Source: Tubulanus polymorphus (Eukaryota > Animalia > Nemertea). Taken from it: a stretch of 64,000 nt of DNA. The stretch's first letter is position 1. Each line of letters opens with the position of its first letter. The stretch spans positions 6,552,778-6,616,777 of the forward strand of contig NC_134030.1 of the NCBI RefSeq assembly GCF_964204645.1. The letters are read 5' to 3'. Shown here piece by piece: positions 1-12,400 of this stretch. The notes under the pieces were generated by a model that saw nothing but the letters and a program-made list of their open reading frames with translations, was not told where the DNA came from and did no database searches. The translations under genes were made by a program, and so were the position numbers.

Positions 1-446
1 TTAACGATATGGCACTGGACGCTGGCATATCACGGCCCGCTAAACATACAAAAACTATGATATCGATAACTCCTGCCATCTATATACGTATAATTCTATC
101 CTCTGGCATGCACATGTGGCGCCTTTTCAATGAAAAATTATTTACGAAGTGTCGAATATCATTCACATCCTAAATGAGGCAGAATAAGTAAAATTTTTCA
201 TAGCTACGATCTTTGTAACCTAATTTTATTACATCATCTTTATTTTTCTGTGTATTTCATATGAATTAACGTGAAAATTTAAACCCGTCGTTGCTGCGAA
301 CGGATCTGAATTTTAGTCAACAAAGGCCAGCGCATTTCTGAATGAGTCACTAGACCCCCACTCTCTGCGCTGACATTCCTTCTTCAGGACATTCATTAAA
401 CTCGCTTTAAATCGTTGGAACGGTCTATTCTGCGTGATATTTCGCC

Positions 447-495
447 ATGGATATTATGTACGCGTGTTTATTTGTATTTCTGTGTATCACTAAAG
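447..495 (+). CDS. Gene 1 exon 1, signal peptide MDIMYACLFVFLCITK
   Basis: cgccATGG Kozak context, hydrophobic peptide, phase-1 donor AG|gtaatt; joins exon 2 in frame (GLLLVDA/QQ). Confidence 0.85.
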
Positions 496-3400
496 GTAAT
501 TATCAGTTTCTGTTGAGAGTCCTCCATTAATTTTTCTTGATGATGTAAATTACTAATGTCTATTTATTAATGGATGAGACCTGTTTTTCTGGGATATTTT
601 GCTTACTATTTTGGGGCACATACCTCATTTATGTCTTAACAGAATGCCAAAAATCGCGGACAACAACTGAATATCCGATATTATTCCAGTTCTGTACCGA
701 TTAGATGGATTGGCAAAAAGACTCATTAAGTCCAGTTGAATGAGAGAGAAAATCCTCCATTTTGTGAAATTTCTTGGATTTGAACATTGTTACCATGCCT
801 ACGCCACCCTGATTTAGTTGTTGAGACCCCACAAGAAAAATAACTTCATTTTGTAGGCATGGTGACAATGTAAAAATTCAAGAAATTTCACAAAATGGAG
901 CATTTTCTCTCTCATTCAACTGGACTTTAGGAGTCTTTTTGCCAATCCATCTAATTGGTACAGAACTGGAAATATATCGGATATTCAGTTGTTGTCCGCG
1001 ATTTTTGGCATTCTGTTAAGACATAAATGAGGTATGTACCCCAAAAAGTAAGCAAAATATCCCAGAAAAACAGGTCTCATCCATTAATAAATAGACATTA
1101 GTACTACGAGTTACGACAGCAAAAAACGTCCCACCGCATTATTAACAATTTCTTGAGTTGAGAGTAACATTGGATTCATTTCGACAAGATAAATGAAGGG
1201 AAGGCCAAAAATTAACGACAACACCCCTCACAACAAAAATAAACGCAGGCTCTCACAAATTCAAATTAATTTTTTCTTATTTAGAAGGGCCTATTTAGAA
1301 ACACCTAGCTATAGGCCTAATTTTAGATAGGTATTCCTGCAATAATAATTTTGTATGATGTACGGTAAATACAAAATAGCGTAAACACATTGTTGCAACT
1401 ACTAAGCCTATGGTATTTATCTACCGTTATCTTTAGCCACACTGATTCCTGCCTCTGAAATTTGAATCTTAAAACTACAACTATCCTGGAATTAACCTAC
1501 ACGATTCTGCGGTTAGGTGTCCAAAATGGTTATGTAACCTTACTATCATCCTAATCCTTAGATTAACACTATAGCCGTGAGGAATCGAAAAGGGACCGAA
1601 ACTGCAGTTTGACCAGTTGGGCGCAGTCATAAGGCCCAGGGTCCATACACAAAGATCGAACTAGCGAAGTGTATTTAATTGCAAATTGTGGCCAATTTTC
1701 ATCACAAATCCCAATTTATCCTGGCGGTGGTAATATGGATCCATAAACTGACCATCAAAACTGGTGCCACGTAGTAGCAGTCTTCTGAGTGAAACTTTCT
1801 TTTCTTTTCAGGGCTTCTGTTAGTAGACGCGCAGCAGTTGACTGCCTCGGTACTAGTTTCTCCGCCGACGCAAATAAAAGGCGACAAAACGACATTGATA
1901 TTGACGTATGAACCAAAGTCGACACTGTCCACAAACATAAATGTTCAAATAAAGAAAGTTATAGTGTCGCCTAATAAGAATGAAATGGAAAACGTGGCAA
2001 CTTTTAAAGGAGCAAGTAATGTGCTGGATTCTAGTCCTAAGTTCAGTCACCTACAGCTTGAATCGGTTGATAGCAATGGCATTAGATTGAAGTTCCAGCC
2101 AACAAACTTTTCAGATTCAGGCTCTTATCAGGCAACATTTGTGCGCATGTCAGATTTTGATACATTCATGGCTGCGTTCAGCATAGATGTTCAAGGTAAA
2201 TGCAACCATACAGAAACCCATTCATTTGTTCATTCTTTTTCCCGTGCTTTCCTCAAATCATTTGAATCGGACTAATTTTGTGTTATTGAATGAACCCTGA
2301 AACAGAGTAGTTCGGTTGACAAATACAAATTCTAGTAGACTCGTGAACACCACTTCATCTTGATAAAGTATAAAATAATTTGTTATCGAGGCTGAAAAGT
2401 ATATTCTTCAATTGAATGTAAAATCCCACCCACAATTGTCGAAAGGCTAGAAGGTTTATTCAAAATACAAGAAATATTTCGGGTGGTTGCTACACATGCT
2501 TCTTCATTCTAAAAATCATTTTACATGCGGATATTATGATCTTACTGATTCATTGTTCAATTGAATCCATAATGATGAGTTGAACTTATATAAATCAGGT
2601 CGATAAAATTATTCACCCTCGTGGAGCTGGCTGCACCATCCATGCTGTCGCAATTAGATCTCTGAAGCTCATAAGATTTGTCTCTGTTTGTTTTTCAGCT
2701 TACCCCGGTAGACCGACGATAACCGTTAACAATCAAGTCGCTACCGAAAACGACAGTAACTTGATGATTACTTGCGTCGGAAACGTCGGTAAAACCGCGA
2801 CAACGGGAACCGTCCGTATGTTCACAAAGATGCAGTTCGAAACCGTGTTCAGGCAGATTCCAAACGGAGACGTGCAGACGCAGAGCGTGTTAAACCCGGA
2901 TGGAACGACAACGATCACCGCTTCAGTTTTCACCGGCGTCGTCACATATCAGATGAATAAGGCGATATATCGCTGTCAAACGGAAAATAGTTTATTAAGC
3001 GCGAACGAGGAACGTTACTCGGCTGACGTGACGCTGAATGTCCAATGTAAGTTTATGTTGGTATTTTTTTCAGGACAGTGTGAATTCCCCTCCTTAAGTG
3101 TACATTTTTGGCTATGTAACCCTTATAAACACGAGTAGAGTTATGAGTACTCGAGTAGCCAATTATTATTTTCTTTTTTGAATTGGGATCTGTGAGCTTT
3201 AAATAATAGGCTCTAATGTTACAGGAATTGCAAAACCCTTTAGAAATAGGGCACGATTTGTACAATTATATAGTAAGAGTACTCCACTAATCCGCCATTG
3301 TCATACCCTGCTACCGCTTCATAGATTGGTATCTCAGTTTGATTTACGTTTCTAATCATGAAAACACAGAATTCACTCATTAGCACTCAGGAATTTCACT

Positions 3401-6400
3401 ATGTAGTGTCAATTACTCCTCAGAAAATTGAGTGCTAATGGGTCAAATCAAACATCTTGGTGAAGTCGGGAATTTCATAAATCCTGTCGTGGTAGTTTTT
3501 TCTAAGTAAGAGTTTTAGTTGGTATCCCGACGACAAACAATAGTCCCAGGGATGCTTTTAAAATCAAGGCCACCCCCTCAAATGGAGACCTTTTTCAGTT
3601 TATCACTTGACGCTTGTAAAGTTATTTGATCGAATTGATGAAATTATTTAAGATGTGTAAATTGATTTTTCTGTTCGCAGATAGAGTACGCGATGTTCGC
3701 ATTACGCCCGTCGATACAAACGTGCCCCGCAATTCGAGGATTGTGTGCGTCGCTTCGGGTAATCCTGAACCGGCCGTCACGTGGGAGCGAATATCCGGAC
3801 CTGTATTCGCAGAGATCGCGCCCGGCGTGCTTCAAATACCGCTGACGGCACTGCCAGGAACGCACGAGTATCGATGTAATGCTAAAAATACGGTTAACGG
3901 CGGAGTGGCGGTCATCAATAAGTCTTACAAATTCAACATCACCGGTAAGTAATAATGATCACCAACAACGCCTCCTGTACGACAATCATGACACTACTGG
4001 CGCGAATGTAAACAGTTTAGTCACTAGATATCACGCCACACATCGCATCCTGATTACATCGAGGCATCTGTTGTTGTTTTTTAATAATACAAATTTACTT
4101 CCATAACATTCAATCTGTCACAAAAACAACCGTCGGACTCATCGAAACAATCATACTCGATAATAGGGGACAGGTTCTTCTGCGATGGTGTAGCTGTCAG
4201 TCCCCTCTTTATGCCTACCCCTCTAAGATAAAATCACAAGATCCAGTGGCTGATTTTGAAGAACTTGTCACAACCCAGAAGGGCAATTTGATGTTCAAAA
4301 ATATGAGGCGCACTACTGAACTGAAATGCCCCTACTTGTTGTTGAAAAAAAAATACGGGAAAAGGGCGCTCCAAAGATCCGATAGACTTGCGCAAATCTC
4401 CCTGGAGACTATAGCCATCCATATAAAGACTTCAGGTCTCTTGTGCGGAAACGCAGGCATTTTTAAAATGGAAATGTATGACAGTCTTTTACCTGAACCT
4501 GCAGGCATATTTTATATAGACATTTTATCGCTACTTGCGGAAAATCACTTCATGAAGTCTTCACCCATAAACAGGTGATTGATACTAGGAACCAAATATG
4601 GAAAAATATTCATATCAAAATGTCCGTCCGTGTGATAAACTGTTAGCTAATTATTATTGGCATTTTGACAGAAATCTGGCCGATATTTCGCGAATAGTAC
4701 GAATAAACGGAAAATTAGGTCATTTTCATCATCCTCGTTAATTATCATCACCGGGGCCTATACCAGCGCGAGTGCGATAATTATGTTGATTATCAATGAT
4801 GATAGGTCACGCATATTTAAGGGTTAAATGTCGCTTAACGAGATAGAGAGAAGATATTATTTATTAGGACAAACGTCGTAATTTCGTGTTAATTGAAATA
4901 TACCGAAATTAGGTAAGGATATAATTATGACTGAATAAACGTCATCATCTTTTATCATAATGTACTTGATGGTGAATCTAATTGATAGAGTTGGGCACTG
5001 TGCCGGCTATAAATCCTAGTCCCCGAATTCGTCTCTGGTTAAAATACCAGGCTGTTGACCTTGTCAGATACAGTAACCCACGCCTTACTCGGACGTGGTC
5101 AACTCTGACAAAAATCAGTTTGACTCTAATGTATTTTCATATCTTTAACTTGGATTTTGTTTATCTCAGACCAATTTTGCTGGTCCCAGTTTATCTCAAG
5201 TAAGGCATTTATTTTCAATCCTAAAGAAAAACTCAATTAGGAAATCTGTTAGTTTCAATCATATAGGTCTGTAGTATTAAGTATTTCATTTTAATGTGAA
5301 TTAATAGTATTTTTATAGTAATTGTCCTTGCTCTTGATGTGACATGTATTAACTGTGCCGTGTACACATACAACTATTCAAGTGAAAACCTGCCTTCATG
5401 CACACCGCTCCCGCGTACAATAGAATTTAGTACCGTTTTTACTGGTGAAAGAATGATTTAAGTACGAACAAAAATTTCGTCTATTGTTTCGCCTCTAGCA
5501 ATAGCAGGGGGGGGTTGCTCTGCTAAAAATACGTTCAGAGCTTGATCAAAATTTTTTTTAGGCGATTGTTTTCAAGTACCGGTACGTCATACGCTCGGGC
5601 AGATTTTAATGCGATATCTCGCGTTGGCGTCGATCAGAGCAATAATACGTTTCTTGTTTGGTATTCAGACTTTTGAATCGGACGTTTTATTGAAAATCGT
5701 TACCTCAGATATTCCGGCAGGTGTTCGAGTGTCTCTGTTCATAAATAATTATCGTATATACAAGTGGGACAATACTACTGTCCATGTGCGCGTCGTCGAA
5801 GTCCACACGTCAAGACAAACTGTTTTAATACCTACTTTATTATCTTATAGACGCTAGATTTGAAATAGTGTTGTCGATAGAGCGAAAACTGAATCGCGAC
5901 TAAAACCAAATTCATCCTTGAAAAATAGTATGCCCCCTGTAAAAATCCTGGTAAAAAAGTGACCACTTTCATAAAGACCTGGGGGACCTTCATTCTAGTC
6001 AAACAACATACTGTATCAGTTCAGAAAAAAGTGTTGTTATTGTAGATATTAAGATAATCTAAGTTCATTACTTCGGGACTGGTTAAATTCATTATATCTC
6101 AACAAGGGAAATGACAAATAGATGTGTTATTTCCTTTTTCAAAGTCAATCCTTGTTCGATTTGTATTCTGGCTGTTATCAGAAATCTGTTAGGCGTAGAG
6201 GGCAACAACTAATAAGAACTGTACTCGTTTATTTATACCAATTAGTCATTACTAGCCAGCAGTCATCACGTCCTTATCACGTCCTGTTCTGTGGTTCGGT
6301 CTTAAAACAAAACACAATTTTTAACTTAGGAGTAGACTTGGAAGTAAGATAACATTGTTGAGATTTTTGATATAGGCCTAATCATCATCCATAACAGGCC

Positions 6401-9400
6401 TCTGTAACCTTAATGTCATCGGGATAAGTCTGACTAATGTATTGTGGGGCGTTGTTCGGTAGTGAGTCATTCATTCATTCATTCATTAAAATGACTCTAG
6501 GACGCTCTGTTTGTGAGTCGTTGTATCGCAGTGCACCTGTGACTGGTTCACTATATTCTCCTCATCTAGTGTGCAGCAGATTAGATTTACTATACGGCTG
6601 TGAAACAAACATCGCAGTGCACCTGTGACTGGTTCACTATATTCTCCTCATCTAGTGTGCAGCAGATTAGATTTACTATACGGCTGTGAAACAAAACCAA
6701 TAGATCTAACTCAAGATAGCGACAAACCTTTTGAATTTTGCTAGGCCCCCTAGGACAGGGTGGACACTTACCTGGATATCCGGGAAAAGTCGAGGATTAA
6801 TCAGGGACTTTGGTAGAAAAAAAGCTATAAGTTAGAAATTTGATGAGATTGCTATATCACACGCAGAATCAAACAGTTTCCGTCTATGTCTTTATTTATA
6901 TGACTGTGTAAATCGATTGGTTCTTAGCAGATCAAGTCAGAGAAAAAGCTACGCCAATAAAGGTCATGCTGTAGGAGTACGTACCTCCTCAATCTTTTAG
7001 AAAGATTTTGGCCTCGTTGATCATTTGTAACTCAAAACCATTGAGGGATATATTTTTTCGTAGCATTCCAGTGAATTAAGTCATGATTTAAAGCAGCATT
7101 GTTTGTAGATTAGGTTTTTTTTTTCGTGCTTAAAGGTTCGACGTAATTTGCTGCGGGCTGATTTACATATAATGTGATTCAACAATGAGTTTGTGAACGG
7201 GAATCAAATTGTAAATATATGCTGATGACCTGTATACATGCACAACTACAGTACATTATCAAAATCAGTTCATTATATTCCCCGCAATAATCTGGAAATA
7301 CTTCACTACTCGGCAAAAGACAGAAGTACTCGGGGTATGGGAAGTTATATGATTTGAACGTTGGTGCCTACTATTTATTAGTGCTTTTGAGTAGTAGAGG
7401 TTATTTCTGAAAATCCTGTATGAATCCCACGAACTATTCTTAATACACACATCTTTAATCTTAATTGTAATATACGGTAACGCATGTCATACTCAAAACA
7501 CATACCGTCATTTACGTCTCTCTCGTATCAATATAGCACAAAAACATTCTAATGTAGAAATCTATCGGCAAAACGATAACAACAGTAGATACTCTCTCAT
7601 TTTAGACAGACACACTGCGTATGATCTTCGTTGCATGTTTTATTATTATTTTTTTTCATGTTCTCTATTATTTTCAGCCTTACCGACCACGATACCACCT
7701 CCAACAAATAATCCAACTACGCCAAAAACAGGTGATGAAAAATACGCGTGCAGTATGGCTGCGATTCGTCCCCGTCATTTCGGGGGTATTTTGATAACGC
7801 CGGATACGACGGAGAACTGCACATAACCTAGCTTCATACACCAAACATAAATCATCATAGGCCTACCTAAATTTGATAAATCTAAAAAAAATGTCATTTT
7901 CTTCTATCTGGTAGTAAAGATCTTGAAGATATTGTATAGGCCTAGTAGAGAAGTTTTTGGTGTATGAAGCATGATTTGTAGGTGTATTTAGTGTTTAGAT
8001 GGGTGTGGAAATGATCTTTTTAGCTGAATAACTTTCACCAGCACGCTTTCATCTTTTAAAGTCTATAACGCTTTACAATCATTAGAACCTCTATATACTC
8101 TATGTCTGCATTGATGTGTTTGTGCTTCTCTATTTCTGATGGTGATTTCGTTCAGAATTATTCTGGATTTTGTAATGTTTATGTATAGGTGATGGTTTAA
8201 TGGACGTATGGACATATACATCATACAACAGGGCCGTACAGATACCCACAACCTCCCGTCCAGGTCCAGTAAGCGTATCTTTCTAGCCGTATTTTTTTCC
8301 GCAAGCTATGTTAACATATTACCAACAAATTATGTCATCGGAATTCTGTGAAGGGTAGAAGAATTATTCTATGTTTTATTGGGCTCACTTTCGGCCACTG
8401 TTCTACGTGGTAATTCTAAACTCTGGACAGGGCATCTTGGTTCGAGATAAGACTCAAATATCCATACGAGAGAACTCTCGCAATAATTCAAAGATGTACG
8501 TGAGGTTCTTGAGGAAAAGAGTATATCATTTGAGTTATGGTTCGGCTAAAGACTATCAGCCATCATCAGGCGTACTCGTATTCATTAACTCAAGAACGTA
8601 ACATCTTTGGCCGATTTATTGTGGGATTTCTCTCATATGTTAACCTTACACGGATATTATCGTGTATCATCTCGACTTATCAAATATCCACGGATAAAAA
8701 ACACCAGCATTTATTCATGACCCAATAAATAGAACTATTTATATAACGGCGGGTATGGAAGAACATTTCGATCTCCCCTCAATCTGGTAGGATCAATGAT
8801 ATGTCAAGTGCGTCGGTTTCCTTCCTTGTTTCGACTCGCCTTTCCGCGTTGCGTTGTGACGACCCATTGAACAGTAATCGTAATCGATATATTCTATTCG
8901 TTTTGCCGGCGACTAATGCTACGAATGGCAATTAAATTCATTTCAGCCTTTTCAACCTCCGCCACTTTTCCATAATGAATACGGCGATATATGCGCGTGT
9001 TAAGCAATCGATTGATGAAAAATTCTCCGATATAGATCAGCCATTCGGAGTTAGAAAGATGATATGGGCCGAGGTGAATAGCATCCGCCCTGCCTTTATT
9101 TCCGCAGCGCCTAGAAACAAACTGCCGGAATTCAGGTGTGCGTATTTCACCACCCATCAAACAACAGCACTCATTAATATAACAGCGTTACAAATAATCA
9201 CTCCTTTTATACAGTACATAATGGTGTTTAGTCTGTCAACGAGAGTTTAATAACTCATTGTAACGAGTGTGTATCTAACATTAGCAGGTTCTCTATGGAA
9301 TTACATCATCGAGAGTGTTGTCTTGGAACAGGTCTTTAAGTTTCCACCCAGTTTGTTTCCTAGCATAGCGCGCTTTATTAGCCTACGAATTAACTGACAT

Positions 9401-12400
9401 AGTCTTGAATCTCTTACAATATTATAATCGCTAGTCTTCGATTTTGTGTAGACATAAGAAATAAGTGAAGATTTGTTCTCGTTATCAAGTAGTAATAGTA
9501 CTTGTCCAATGAACCCGCTCTATATTTTACATGCACTGTCTCTACGCATAGGTTGACAAATGGTTGAGGTATTCATTCAATGCTTGAGTAAACAAACCAA
9601 ACTCGAACACCTCACACATATTTCTCGGTATTGACCGCAGTTCACGGGGAGTTGCTCGCGAACCAGTTTCTCTTATTATACATCCATTGTCGATTTTTTC
9701 GAACACTTTCGATCACAACTTTCCTGTTATTTATGAATAGAAGATGAATGGAAATGTACACGAAAAAGAATCTAACGCATTTGCTAATTTTGGACTCGAG
9801 CTAAAGCTGGATGCTTTCAAAGTTTGATATTGGATTCAGTTGTTTTTTAGTACTAGTAGGGTTTGATATTACTATTAGTATATTCACCGCTGAACTAACC
9901 CTCCTGGCTTCAAAAGCATTCCGAGCACAAATTCTTATGTCATTTAAACAGTAACAAACCTAACAAAGATTTGCCTTAACTGGAAATACTCCACATATAT
10001 ATACATATATCTGTATGTATGTGTGTGTATATGTATATATGTATATATATATATACGTTCTTTTATTACCAGTTACTATATTAGATAATGATTTCGATAA
10101 CCACCACGCACCAAATACTAATAACACGATAAATCTATTGTCTCGCTGGAGAAATCTCTTTAAAATTCATGTTAATACAAATTCATTACTAGTTTATTCC
10201 AGGGGAGCTTTATGCTTAATGAATCAATTGAATCAAAAATAGGCGAATAACAATAATGATCGACATTCTACTAAAGAGTGCATATTCAGTTAGTTATGTA
10301 ATGAAACTGTAGGGGTCGCCACGTCCTGAGCTCGTCGTCGTTCCTAGGTTGGCGAATGTTCTGAATTCTCTGAATGCGTTGCTGTTCAGATATAAAATCT
10401 TGATTTCTTTGACGTCTGATAAAGCTATAGCATTATTGGCGATGAAAGCATTTGTTCTTTAGATATGGTTACTTGAAATAGGCTGTGAATATCTAATTGT
10501 CTGGATTAAATTCCGCATCGTGAAGCCAAAGGATGCGATATCTTCAAACATAGCGTCTTCGTGCCTAATGCATATTTTCTCTTGGCCTATATGTGTCATT
10601 AATTTTCAATTTTAGGCATCAGCTGAAACCATGCTACCGGTATATAAACTTAGGGAACCTTGTCATTTTCAATGACCCAAGATTAAAATCCTTGTATTCT
10701 GACTGAATTTGAATCGTGATGTTTTCTTTGCATTGGCAATTATCTATACTGTTAGGTGATAAGTGAAATCGTGTGATTTCTATATTCTGCGGGTATTTTT
10801 GGTTCCTTCCTCCGCCCAAGTATTCCCGGTATATAAAATATATATTGAATATATGAGATTGTCCTCTCTTCTGCTTACAGGAGGAAGTACTGGAGATGAT
10901 AAAGATGGTATGTATTTATGTACAGCATGCTTACACCCTGATTTCCTTTCCCCGATGACTCGTTTCTTTAAATCTAACACATTTTTTCACGTTCTTTAAT
11001 GAACGAACATTTTATTTGTTGTAAAATACGTTTTTCTAAAAATCATATCTGGACTACTGTCGATTTCGCATTAAATCGTTCCATTTTCATTTGTAAATGA
11101 TTCTCTTCGAAAAAATATTTTCGTGGCAGACATTTTTTGAAACATTAGTAATTAATTCTTCAGTTTCCCCGTTAATGCCAAGAAAAACATCGTAAAAGTG
11201 TTTGGTTTCACTCGTGAGTTGGCTGTATAAATAAGAATGGAATTTATAACTATACGTTCGATATGTATGAAAAATGTCCAGATATGAACGAACCGGATAT
11301 AATTGAAGATATTGACACAGCGGGTGATGATCCCTCATTCACCTCGGCAACTAGTCATTGTTTAATATGATAGTTTTTCTGAATGCCCTCGAAAGATGGC
11401 AGCACATGGATACGAAATTTACTTCTCGCACGGGAGAAGACTTCATTTAAACTATTGATATAGAATATAGATGAATCTGCGTACTGTATATTGAACTGAT
11501 GCTTATTCTACTATTTTCACCGGTCAACTTTCACTGTAGTGTTGATTTTAGTTTGTGGCATGTGCGAACTGTAATCTTCATCTTTGTCGCTAGGTGGTGC
11601 CACGTGTACGTGTGTATGTCGACTGATATGGCCACCAGGTAACACGCACCACACGTCGATTCTCTATTCACTGTTACTCTCTGTCAGTCACGCTATTCAA
11701 AATTCTGATGTCCGATTATTATTATTAACAAGCTATCTTATATACCGTAGAAAATCTTAAACCGCCGATAAATTCAGTCAAGACTGGGCGAGGCCATCGA
11801 TCAGAATTTTGAATTTTTAGTTCGATTCTCTTCTAGATAGTTATTAAATATCTTGAATATTATCTTTTTAGTTTTAGATTAGTATAAAGTGATTTCACGC
11901 ACTTACAGGAAACCTTTGATACTAAATCCTTTATCTAGTACGCTGTGTGTTAGGTGCGAGAGGTCGTCCATCATGTGCTGCCATCTATGTTGTGAATTAT
12001 TCTTTTGCGGCCATATTCTCGCAAAATTACTCCTCCCTTGAGCCTGACGTACTCAGCGCAGGGAAACACGGAAGCAAGAGACAGAAACATGTTTCCGAGC
12101 ATTTCCTCGTGTCGTGTACGTAAACAAGAAACATGATTTAGGGATCGATGTTTCCGAGATCGAACATGTTTGTTTCCATATTTCCCTGTTTCCGTGCCAC
12201 GCCTGGTTGGGCTCGATGCAGCGATTCAGACCCTGGGGCTGGTTGCATAGTCATGGCTTAGACTTAAGACCAGTCTAAGACCAACTAAGTTCTATAGCCA
12301 ATCTAACAGCTTAAGACCAGTCTTAAGATTTAAGACCACTTTTGGACTTAAGTCACAACTGTGCAACTTGCCCCAGGTGACATTGCAAGATTCTGGTATC

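Noticed and set aside
4246-4578. 110-aa ORF in gene 1 intron 4
   Set aside because: GTG start, no recognisable motif and no fitting splice sites; probably chance or transposon debris.
7158-7235. LIYI..YADD reverse transcriptase motif
   Set aside because: Several in-frame stops and too short to call beyond possible LINE debris.
9288-9331. Candidate exon SLWNYIIESVVLEQ
   Set aside because: 44 nt, frame-shifting, weak donor gtcttt.
10616-10640. Extra stalk microexon after ttttag
   Set aside because: The required phase-1 frame hits TGA after three codons; a secreted isoform cannot be supported from sequence alone.
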